Made by a program: the position numbers and the translations under genes. This document shows positions 39,592 to 50,239 of a stretch of 54,154 nucleotides of DNA, piece by piece (positions within the stretch are counted from its first letter, which is position 1; each line of letters starts with the position of its first letter). A model generated the notes under the pieces. The model was not told the DNA's origin, searched no databases, and worked only from the letters and a program-made list of their open reading frames with translations. Source of the stretch: Octopus bimaculoides (Eukaryota); assembly GCF_001194135.2 (NCBI RefSeq), contig NC_068987.1:101846846-101900999 (forward strand), written 5' to 3'.

Positions 39592-39790
39592 AGGCAGCGA
39601 GTTGGAAGAAGCGTTAGCACGACGATTAAAAACAGCAGTATTTCGTCTGTCTTTGCGTTTCTGAGTTCGAATTCTGCCAAGGTCGACTTTACTTTTCATG
39701 ATCTCGGGGTCGATGAAAAATTGGTAATCAACTAACCCACTTTCCCAAAATTTCAGGCCCAGTGCTTATAGAAGAAAATATTATTATTAT
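39592..39790 (+). mobile_element. SINE family A copy following the (ATT)(AGT)(ATC) tract
   Basis: AAGGCAGCGAGTTGGAAGAAGCGTTAGCACG...GAGTTCGAATTCTGCCAAGGTCGAC...CAAAATTTCAGGCCCAGTGCTTATAG. Confidence 0.8.
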
Positions 39791-40487
39791 GCTTTCTATC
39801 TTCAATATTTCCATGTTTATTGCTTATTGCACTTCCAAGTGCAGTTATGAGTTCCTGGGATGTGTGAAGCAGTGAATTTAGTTTGTATGCGATATCTGTT
39901 TTGATTTCTTGTTCTATATATTTTGTTGTTTTGGAAATAAAACATGGTAACTATGGCGAAAGAGGTGTGGCGAACAAGACTGAAAGGGTTGAAGACAGAC
40001 AATTTACTCGTCAGTCAAGCCCTCATCGGCTTTTTAATCTTCCACTTGAAAAAGAAGGATCAATGTAGAGAAAGAGGTGCCACACCCCTGTTTGTTTTTA
40101 AAAGATGGGTAAATATAACAAGGATGGCCCACATGAGTGAGCCCGTCTGAGTGAACCTACGTTACGCTTGCACCTGTCTGATAGAGATAATATGTAGGAG
40201 AGTGACCCTTGTCGTGCCCTGAGGAATCGGGATGATAGAGGGCCGGTGTTTTATTTGGTCATCTTTTTGTGATACTTTCAGTATTGTGTTATACTCCCAG
40301 TGTGTCGAGGAAGCTTTGTTATCAAGTTTCTTGTTAATTGTGGTTTTATTGTTTACAAATGTATATGTAAATCCCTATTGCCCTTTATTTTTGTTTTGCA
40401 TCAATTTCTCGTAGCTCTAGTGGTCAAAAAACCATTATTATTATTATTAGTAGTAGTAGTAGTATTTTTATTGTTATTACTATTATT

Positions 40488-40547
<60 letters not shown>

Positions 40548-40548
<1 letters not shown>

Positions 40549-40678
40549 TTCAGCCGGGGTCGACATTACCTTTCATCCTTTCGGGCCGATAAAATAAGTA
40601 CCAGTTGAGCACTGAGGTCGATGTAATCGAGTACCCCCCGCCCCTAAATTTCAGGCCATGCGCCTATAGTAGGAAGGA

Positions 40679-40715
<37 letters not shown>

Positions 40716-41160
40716 CATTAAGGCAGCGAGCCAGCAGAATCATTAACACGCCGGGCGAAATGCTTAGCGGTATTTCGTCTGTCTTTACGCTCTGAGTTCA
40801 TGTCTACCAAGATCGACTTTGCCTTCCATCCTTTCAGGGTTTATGAAATAAGTACCAGTTTAATGAAACTAAGTAGCTCCCTCTTCCAAAACGTCAGGCC
40901 TTGTGTCTATTGTAGAAAGGACTATTATTTTTAAAAGGCGGCGAGCTGGCAGAGTCATTATAACGCCAGGCAAAAATGCTTTGCGGTATTTCGTTCGTCT
41001 TCAAGATCTCAGTTGAAATTCCACCGAGGTCGTCTCGGCCTATCATCATTTTGGGATCGATAAATTATGTATCAGTGAAACACTGGGGTCGATGTAATCG
41101 ACAAACCTCCTACTTCAAAATTTCAGGCATTACGCCTATTACAGAAGAGATAATTATTAT
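40548..41160 (+). mobile_element. Head-to-tail array of three SINE family A copies joined by (ATT)n tails
   Basis: A headless unit at about 40548, then heads AAGGCAGCGAGCCAGCAGAATC (about 40719) and AAGGCGGCGAGCTGGCAGAG (about 40936); each unit ends CAGGC...CTAT..AGAA-type followed by ATT repeats. Confidence 0.85.
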
Positions 41161-41163
41161 TGA

Positions 41164-41690
41164 GTGAAAGAGTCTTACATGCCACCAAAGTGACATTGGG
41201 GTACAAATATACAAAGTTTAATATACCCATCGTGACTACCCGTCAGATAAGGATACACCAGGCACAACATCAAAACTATATGTGCGCAACCTGGTGATCT
41301 CATATCAAAATAAACAGCTCATGACCTTGCATGTGGTTAGAATTTTCTTTAGGTTGAGAATCCCTTCCCGCTCAAAACGTCACTGAATAAGATCTGTTTA
41401 AGGATAATGAACGAAACACCCATGCTTCTAGAGGGGAATTATTCAATCCGCAAAGAATCCCTCTCAACACATGGCTACGATGCTCCCGAAACTACTCCTT
41501 CTTGTGACCAACCAGTGAAGGATATATTGTTAGCCACTAATGGACATGTTTTACTGGCTGAAGTCAAACAACTGACAGGCAAATCTGTGTTGTGCAGAAT
41601 AATTGCTGTAGCCAATCTTGTACATATCTCTTCCAATCAGTTACGATAAGAAGCCACGAGAGCTACTGCCTTGTACTGCATCAGAGTACG
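41164..41690. repeat. Probable interspersed repeat of unknown class abutting a SINE (ATT)n tail
   Basis: A complex, less AT-rich block starting exactly at the end of the SINE tail (ATTATTAT|TGAGTGAAAGAG). It resembles a repeat I remember from octopus sequence, but there is no second copy in the window and no coding homology. Confidence 0.35.
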
Positions 41691-41892
41691 TATTTTTATC
41701 TGAGCTAGGTAGTAATCAGCCCGTTTCGCTGTCATTCCCAAGGCACCTATGACAATAGGTATTGTTTTCGTCTTCAGGTTCCACATTTTGCTAATTTCTA
41801 TTTCAAGATCTTTACATTTGCTCAGTTTTTAAATTTGCTCAGTCTTGACAGATACGTTTATATCGATTGGGACAGTTATATCAATGAGGAGG

Positions 41893-41939
<47 letters not shown>

Positions 41940-44900
41940 GTACTATTCACTGTGTTTTGCGAGACCTATGGGGCGTCACGTTTGATCATAATTTTTATTG
42001 TTATGTTTTTGTTTACAGTTCCACTAAAGATAATCTGTCATCAGATTATCTTCATTTATGTGATTACTATTCAAAGCACACCAAAAATAACTGTAAATAT
42101 ACAAATAAAATTTAAAAAATAACGAAGTCTCTAATTTTTAAAAAAGATTCCGCCATTGTAGAGGCAATGCAACGTTATTCCAACATTCGAGGAAACATCA
42201 ATTTGAACAACTAATAAATAACCATAGCATCAACAAGAAGAACAAATGCAACAGTGATAACATCTACAGAATATATACGCTTTGTTTTGCCAAACGAAGG
42301 AAGCAAACGTTCCACTAGATTTAGATATGAGAAATCAACCTATGTTAACTGTAAATGGCGTAGACATATCACGGAAGTGAGCCCTTGTGGAGGTCTTTAT
42401 TCATGAGCGAGCAAGGAGGAAGTTTGCTATCGCTGCATGAATAACAAAAACGTTTTTCTCTATGCCTTGAAGTGTGACTGACGGGGCTATCTGATGGGGT
42501 GACTGATGGGGCTATCTCATGATTGAGTTTGGAGCTACTAAACAGGCCAAGCTGGATCTCAATACACCTAGCTTAGTCGAACAAACAGAGGATTATAATG
42601 TTTGGTTGAAGGAGGTCTTTCTTAATGTTGTTTCGCTCATATTTTGATGAGAATATACGGTTAGCGGTGAGCATCGAAGTGGAGAGGAACGACTTGATCG
42701 GATAGAATTCTCATGGACATGAAAGTTCTAATGATTCTTAAAACAACAGAGATATTCCGAAACAGTGCATGCAGGAAGAAAAGAAATGGATTTCATGTAC
42801 AGTGCAGAAAGCATAGATACTACATGACATTAATAGATATTAGGTTCAGCGAAAAGAATTTAAAAAAGGGGGACGAAATGACACCGCAAAAGTAGAGTTC
42901 GCCGAGCGAAATTGATTAGAATCAAAGATGACTTGCTAATTTTCTGCTGAAGTTCACAGTTCTTTGAACAGTAGGCGTGCAACTGTTGAATGAGTTAAAC
43001 GACATACAAAGAAATATCGGGAAAGGCAAATATAGATTTGCATGGCCAACAATTATGTGGAGCAAGTAAAAGATAAACTGCTAACGAAAACCACGTCACA
43101 TGTATACGTTAACCACTAGCATGTTCTTGTTGCCTACTTTCCCATTCCAACACACGAGGATCTCATGACTTATTTCGGGAACAACAATGTTAAGTAATTG
43201 GAAATGGAAGACATGCATGCAGAATGTAAGCGATGGTTTGCAGTGACCTGGTCACATCCCATTATCATTTGCTAAAAATCGTGGGAGCGGAATACAATTA
43301 CTTATTTTTTCGTTGTGACACTTATTAAAATATTTTAGTTAAGTATGTATGTTTCTATGTATGCACGTATGTACATATTATATACATGTGTGTGTGTGTG
43401 TGTGTGTGAGTGTGTATCCGTGTATGGGGGTGCATATGTGTGATTGTGTGTGTATATGTATGTATATATGTATATTTGTATATATGCGTGTGTGCATATA
43501 TATATATTCATGCATGCATGTATGTATGTGTGAGATTACTTCTTGAACAATTTTAAACATAATTCCAAAACGTTTTAATAATATATTGTGCTATGGCTGT
43601 TTTCTAACCTCTCATTTTCATATAGTTTGTATATGCTCATATGTTCTTGTATGACCTTTCTAAAACGTTTTTTCTTTCTTTTCCGTGTAAGTGTATGTGT
43701 AGTAGTAGTAGCAGCAGCAGCAGCAGTAGTAGAAGAGATTTTAGAATCGCCTATGATATGACCTTTTTTAATTCTCCTATTCAGAGTAGTTTTTCTTGAT
43801 TATTTTCTTTCTTTAAGCTTGAATGTAAAGAAAATTAACAAGACATGTCAAGTAATTAAATGAATCCAGTGAAAATCGGAACTTCCCCGAAGTTCCTCTG
43901 CGACTGCACTAAAGAAACAACCCCTTCCTAGAGTTATACGTGTGCGTTGCACAAGAACTGCGTAAATATTGCCTGGGCCAGGAGAACAATGTCTTGATCA
44001 ATACCTTAATAGCAGCTGAAATCAGATATATTACTAGGAAAGAAAAATCACGAGGTACTTTAGACATATTGTTACATTGCTATTATATTTCAATCCAGTG
44101 TGTGTTAAATTCACTGTTAGACTAATGAATGGTCCTAATTGGCCCTCCCAAACAAGCTGCAAATAGTTTTCATCTTGTGATCGAGATTTTGTTGGATTCC
44201 AGTGGAACAGTATAAAAATGGAGATTACTGTGTAGTTAATATTTGCTGTTTAGCTATCGTACAATTGTGAGATCACTTTTGGTCAATCCTATATTTTTAA
44301 CTCGCCTCTGTTGAATGACCTGCACAGGATCAGCTCATCACCGCTGCTGTCTCTCAGTTAATCGTTTTACGTCATTTTAGAAACGATATAAACTACTTCA
44401 ATTACTTCACACAATCTACTTGTAATTATGAATACTACAATTACACAAAACTCCATAAGTAGATGGTATACTTCATTGATGTCTGCTCTCCAACATCTAA
44501 AACTGAAGTCAGGTGTTTTAAAAGATTCAACCAGCTGTCCTTGTTAGTGTCTCCGAATGTTCTATACAGGTCAGACTAATGTTAAAGAAATTTAATGCAT
44601 AGAAACTGATGGGAATCATATTTGATTAACATTTTCCTGCTAGCTGGTGAAGACAATAGGTTATTAGAGAATTGCAAAGTTAAAATGTATAGACGTATGT
44701 CGCACCTCTGTGCGGTAATATTTCTTAAAATATGTACACCATCAATAGAATTTTTTAAGCAGCTTATACAGGAGGAAAAGTCTGCAGATTTACAGTGTCT
44801 TGAAATGTGTAAGAAATACATCTAATGGGATTAGTATCATACATTTATATTTTTAAGTTTTGTAAATAAAACCATAAACACAGTTTTCTTATATTTTTAC

Positions 44901-45214
44901 CTATATATAAGAATTGTTAAGCAATTTATCTTTCTGATATGTTTATGAAGTATGACGGTCAAGTATTGACCTCTTGGTCGTAAGTTCAAATGAACTGTAA
45001 TATATTATTTTTTTTATGTTTTCACAAAAGGTTTAATTGTACGCTTTTATTATATAGAGGGAGAAAAAACAGCACCCATGAGTCTTTTAAAGAGCCTTCA
45101 TGACTGGCAGAAAGAACGGAAACTGAAAGCCTACAACAAAGTAGACTCTTCTAAAATCAACTAATGACAAATCTCTTCTTAAGATGGGTTGTGGATTAAG
45201 ACATCCAAACAGGA

Positions 45215-45365
45215 TTCTGTTACAGAGTTTTCGAGTACTGAATCTAAGTCATTATTTTGGTGGACCTGAAAGTATGTTAGAAGCTACGAAAAAATGTACA
45301 CGTTGAGGGATTGAAACTGAAAATGCGCACTTCCAAAGTGAACTTCTTAACCACATAGCATGTCT
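45215..45365 (-). mobile_element. Diverged SINE family B head
   Basis: Reverse complement reads GCTATGTGGTTAAGAAGTTCACTTT...CAGTTTCAATCCCTC. Confidence 0.45.
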
Positions 45366-45512
45366 ATATTCACTCCACTAAATGTTTCGGGAAAAATAGC
45401 AAAAAGAATGTTGTATGCAAAAGACTGGTGTCCATTTTAGAATGAACGCCTTTTGGCATTGAAACTTGAACACCTCCCATTAAACTTTATAAAAGAGTAT
45501 GATATACTAGTA

Positions 45513-45573
45513 CAGTGATTCCCAACCCTTTTATTTTAATGTATTCCCACGCCCCCCTTTTAATATGCTTATC

Positions 45574-45617
<44 letters not shown>

Positions 45618-45696
45618 TTTGAATTCAGTTCACGGACCTTTATTACTACCTTTACGGATCACAAGAGGTCCTCTGACCCCAGGATAGGATCCACTG
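45513..45696. mobile_element. hAT-type MITE with 8-bp TSD and an internal (AT)n
   Basis: TIRs CAGTGATTCCCAACC / CAGTGGATCCTATCC (11/15); TSD TACTAGTA (45505-12) / TACTTGTA (45697-704); internal (AT)n at about 45578-45612. Confidence 0.75.
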
Positions 45697-46471
45697 TACT
45701 TGTATCTATTATTGCATATGCATATATCAGTAACTTTTAACTATTTGACGGCACCTAGAATGCAATTTGTGTTTATAATTTATGCTGCTTGAATGTTTTT
45801 GTGTTATCTAAAACGTGTTCAAATAAATACACTGTTCCTTGTGGTTAACTAACTAAAACAGAGCAACCTACAAATGTCTGTTATGAAATCCAGACTACAG
45901 CAGTGGTTCCTTTGATGTATTTCTGGGTAAATAACTTATATTAGGGCAACGTTTCTTACACAGTGATATAAGACTATAGGAAATCATCACTAATGTTTCA
46001 ATGCTTTCCTTAAATCTTAGTCATTATTTTTTTTTCACAAATGAATAATTAAGCGAGATAAACAATAGTTTATTAAATTTTTTGTACATTTAAAGAAAAT
46101 TTCTATGTCAGGTTTTCTACAATTTTTTTTTTTTTTACAAGAAGTGTACCAATAATCATTTATTTGATCTCTAGTTTATCCGAAGTTAAAAAATATTGAG
46201 AAGCATTGTACTAAGCGTTTCAGTTAAGCGTGTTGTCAGCAAACCTAATTAGATGAAAGAAAGGTAATTAACATACAATTTAGTAAGCCAAGCTTTGACA
46301 TACCTAATGTGGTAGAATTAGAAATTTAATCAAATTTCCATCTCCATTGCGTAGAAGCAAATATTGGATGAATACTTCAATTTATGTATGTGACAAGAAG
46401 GACAATATCAGTCTATATGGATTGACCGAAATGAAATTTTACTTAACATTGAAAATAGACATGCTGTGATC

Positions 46472-46572
46472 GTGGATGAATGGCTAAGTCGATCTCGAAG
46501 GAATTTGAACTCAGAACGTACTGACGAGGCGCTAAGCATTTTGCTCGGCGTTCTAACGATTCTGCCAGCACG
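46472..46572 (-). mobile_element. SINE family A, 5' part
   Basis: Reverse complement GCTGGCAGAATCGTTAGAACGCCGAGCAAAATGCTTAGC...ACGTTCTGAGTTCAAATTCC. Confidence 0.8.
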
Positions 46573-47321
46573 GCACAATATTTCTAGACATACTATTGAA
46601 ACAAAATATATAATGTTCGCTTGCATCCAAAATAAATAAATATCTTTCCTCACATTGCGACAACAAAAATGTACATATATTTAAATTAACATTGTTGGAA
46701 GTAGTACTTGGAAAATCCTTTACACCTCTCTTTGCAAATAAGTATTACATGAAGAAATCTATAGAATTTAACAAGCACAAAGTAATAACAAATATATGGA
46801 AAGAAGAAGGATGAGGCATAGTATAATATAAGGGGGAAAGGAAACAACAAAGATATCATTCACTAAGACAGTTAAGAATACACATGTGACATGTAAAGTT
46901 TATTTTACAAAGCAAAATTTTATTTAGCATCAGATACATGAACATATTAGATAAGAAAACTACAGCTATCAAAGGCAAAGACAGTATATATTGTTCAAGC
47001 GTTAAACTAAAGGTAATAGTGCACAGCAACAACAAAACAACATGTAGTGTCCTATATAACACATCACAAGCCATTAATATCCAAACTATTTGTAATAAGC
47101 AATATAATGAGTAAATCACGATGCAGGAGAGTTGGTGGTAAACATCACAACACCAGCTTTACACTAGGACAAGAGCTTGTCATTCTGCCACGAAAATACC
47201 ATCGTCTAGTAATAAGGGACAACAGAAATGTAACAAAAAAAAAAGCAAAAAAAAAACAGAGAGAAAAGCATTAATAATGCATGCATTCACACAGTCACTT
47301 TCTCAGCACCTCTTTATCTCT

Positions 47322-47352
<31 letters not shown>

Positions 47353-47779
47353 ACACACACACACATGGTACTGATGAAAATACACTCAATGATTGAGTAC
47401 ATAATTAAAATATATAAAATAACAATTTACGATATACAGCCAGTTTCATAGCGTTATATCGCAGCTATTATTCAGCATTGTCATTTTATTTACACAGTGA
47501 ATAGTGAAATGTATGAATTCTCTGTGTGTGTGTGTGTGTGTCTGTGTGTGTCTGTGTGTGTGTGTCTGTGTGTGTGTGTGTGTGTCTGTGTGTCTGTGTG
47601 TGCGTGCGGTGGGGATATAGGAGTATAAGATATTTATTTTTGAAAAATGTGCATTAGTCAAAAATTTCTTAATGATTATGTCTACAAGTATTTCATACAT
47701 AAAGAGTAGATTGTCAGAAATATGCGATATCATAGTTTAAATAGTGTTGATTGTCACTTATCATTACTAAGCAACTGAT

Positions 47780-48420
47780 GCGCCGAACTGGCAGAAGCGT
47801 ATGCACGCCGGCCAAAATGCTTAGCGGCATTTTGTCGCCTTCGACTTCTGAATTTAAATCTTTCCGGGGTCAATAAAATAAGTACCTACTAATGGATTGG
47901 AGTCGATGTTATCGACTTACGCCCTCCACTGAAATTTCTAGTCTGGTGCCAAAATTTGAAATCAATAGTAAGCAACCGCAATGTGCCGAGCTGACAGAAT
48001 CTTTTACACGTCGGGCAAAATGCTTAGCGGTATTTCATCTGCCGCTACGTTCTGAGTTCAAATTCCGGCGAAGTCGACTTTGCCGTTCATCCTTTCCGGG
48101 TCGATCAGATAAGTACCAGTTACCCACTGGGGTCGATATAATCGACTTAATCCGTTCGTCTGTCCTTGTTTGTCCCCTTTGTGTGTAGCCCCTTGTGGGC
48201 AGTAAAGAAATAAGAACCTTTTGCACGCCGGGAAAAATGCTTAGCAGTATTTCGTCCACCATTAGGTTTTGAGTTCAGTTTCCGGCACCAAGGTTGACTT
48301 TGTCTTTCGTCCTTTCGAGTTCCATGAAATAATTATTAGTTGTGCACTGAGGACGATTTAATTGACGAGGCCTCCTATCCAGGTTTTCCAGTGTTGTGTC
48401 AAAATTTGAAAGCAATATTA
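47780..48420 (+). mobile_element. Cluster of three SINE family A units, including one nested insertion
   Basis: Units at about 47780-47970, 47983-48216 (tail TTAATCCGTTCGTCTGTCC...GCCCCTTGTGGGCAGTAAAGAAATAAGAA) and 48213-48420. Confidence 0.85.
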
Positions 48421-49194
48421 AACAATTACAGGAAAAGTAATACGTTTTTCGCTCAGAATAAACAATCTATTGTCAAAGTCTGTACATTCCTGTGGCAACT
48501 GCTAGAAATGTCATGAACAAACTCCTAAAATAAATCCCTTACAGTCATCATATAAGGAAAGTTTTACATTCTTCCAGCCATCACGGCCTTGCTAAATTTG
48601 GAATACAGCTTCAACTCTATTAGAAGAGAAATAGGCTGGATTGTGACAGTCGACGTGCCTTTGAGCATAGGCCTTGTTTGATCGGGATTGAACTAGGGAC
48701 TACAGTCACCATTACAACATCAATATACTTCCGACGTTCATGATTTAGTAAAAAAAGGGTTCATTTAATACTTAAAATATTGATTTTGCAGTGATATAGT
48801 CCAAATGATTGGAATACGGGTGAGGAAGGGCTCCTTTTTCAGGGCTTGTGAGAATACATATGGGATGAGAGCACGGCACTGGTAGATTTAGATGGAAATT
48901 GCATGGGACTACCTTCTACAAACATGTTGAAGCTAGTGTTTTGTGTGTATGTGTACCAAGACACTGAGTTTCATTGCAGTAAGCTGACAAATTGCCTGAA
49001 TATATATATAATTACTTTTTAAAAGCAAAGATTAAATCAATTGAACAGTAAAATCAAACTCATCGTCATTTGATCTCAAAATGCAAAGGAGAAACAGGAG
49101 TCTACTTAAAAATACTCTCACATATTCGCACATAGGCACATACATATTTTTCAGTAAAAGCAAATAAAAGTANNNNNNNNNNTTTTCATTTTTT

Positions 49195-49558
49195 TTTTTT
49201 GCCAAATAAAAACACGTTCTTCACTCGTTTATTAGTGATCTTATTCTAACTCATGCACATTGTCCAGAAATCTTTCGTCACACATGTGTGACTTCCTCAA
49301 CGACACTTTCCGTCTTCGTGTGTTCTGTTGCTCTGCTTATTCCATTCTGTTCTTCTATGAAGAACATTCTGTTCATCATAGGAAACAAAACAGAATGGAA
49401 TAAGCAGAGCAACAGAACACACGAAGATGGAAAGTGTCGCTGAGGAGATCAAAGATGTGTGACGAAAGATTTCCGGACAATGGACTTGAGTTAGAATAAG
49501 AATAGTAATAAACGAATGAAGAAATATTATATATTGCAAGTGTTTATTTGGCAAAAAA
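49195..49558. repeat. About 365-bp near-perfect palindrome (unclassified fold-back element)
   Basis: 49217-49351 pairs ungapped with 49389-49523 at 121/135, including a 39-nt perfect run. Inner stem CTATGA(A/T)GAACA closes a 3-nt loop (49367-69). Outer TTTGCCAAATAAA / TTTATTTGGCAAA. Confidence 0.92.
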
Positions 49559-49607
49559 TAAATCAATAAATGACCATCCCTAAATACATCAATATCTGTT
49601 TCCACAC

Positions 49608-49682
49608 AAGGCGGCGAGCTGGCAGAAACGTTAGCACGCCGGACGAAATGCTTAGTGGTATTTCGTCTGTCTTTACGTCTTG
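49608..49682 (+). mobile_element. SINE family A head only
   Basis: AAGGCGGCGAGCTGGCAGAAACGTTAGCACGCCGGACGAAATGCTTAGTGGTATTTCGTCTGTCTTTACG, then breaks off. Confidence 0.85.
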
Positions 49683-50192
49683 AACAGAATGGTGACATTT
49701 AGTTGAGATAACACGGAAGTTGTTTCTCTTCGATTACTATCGTAAACAGCAGTAGATTTTTTCAACCAAATACACGTTGTTGATTGGTTGAAATTACCCA
49801 AACACGACATCTTTAACACGGAATAATTTCTAAAATACCAAATTGTATCAAAAACGTTCAAATTTAACCGTGTTCTAAGTGAAAAATTCTACCAGTATTC
49901 GACGTTTCAAACTATTTAGTTAAAAAAAATTAACTAAAAAATTTGTGATTGACATGGAATAGATCCATATATATTATTAAATTCATACGCGCGCACACAC
50001 ACACGCATATATATATGTATATACACACATAACATACATACGCTGCTTCATTGATAGTTACATAGAAAACTTATTAAATTATTGGGAAATTAGATCGCAA
50101 GTTGTTCAGTTATTTGGATTGATACACAGAACATATCTGTCTACACGCATATATGTGTATGTATACATGACTACAGACAGCAACATATATGC

Positions 50193-50236
<44 letters not shown>

Positions 50237-50239
<3 letters not shown>

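Larger units (their letters stand above)
1003..49182. other. Assembly gaps (nine N-runs)
   Basis: 1003-1403, 4862-5218, 11222-11697, 14646-14785, 15900-16262, 18070-18415, 21031-21568, 24353-24956, 49173-49182. Most abut (TA)n, (TG)n or (GATA)n tracts. Confidence 0.99.

Noticed and set aside
43878-43896. Perfect hairpin GGAACTTC-CCC-GAAGTTCC followed by CTAA (Helitron 3'-end-like)
   Set aside because: The following base is not T, there is no matching 5' end, and 8-bp stems are expected by chance in 54 kb.
47368-47400. CTGATGA followed by a small stem, as a possible hammerhead ribozyme
   Set aside because: No GAAA or stem I/III partner.
49173-49558. Palindrome as a pure assembly or library artefact
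   Set aside because: The arms differ by 14/135 substitutions and two indels, unlike fold-back chimeras. Long-read confirmation is still advisable.
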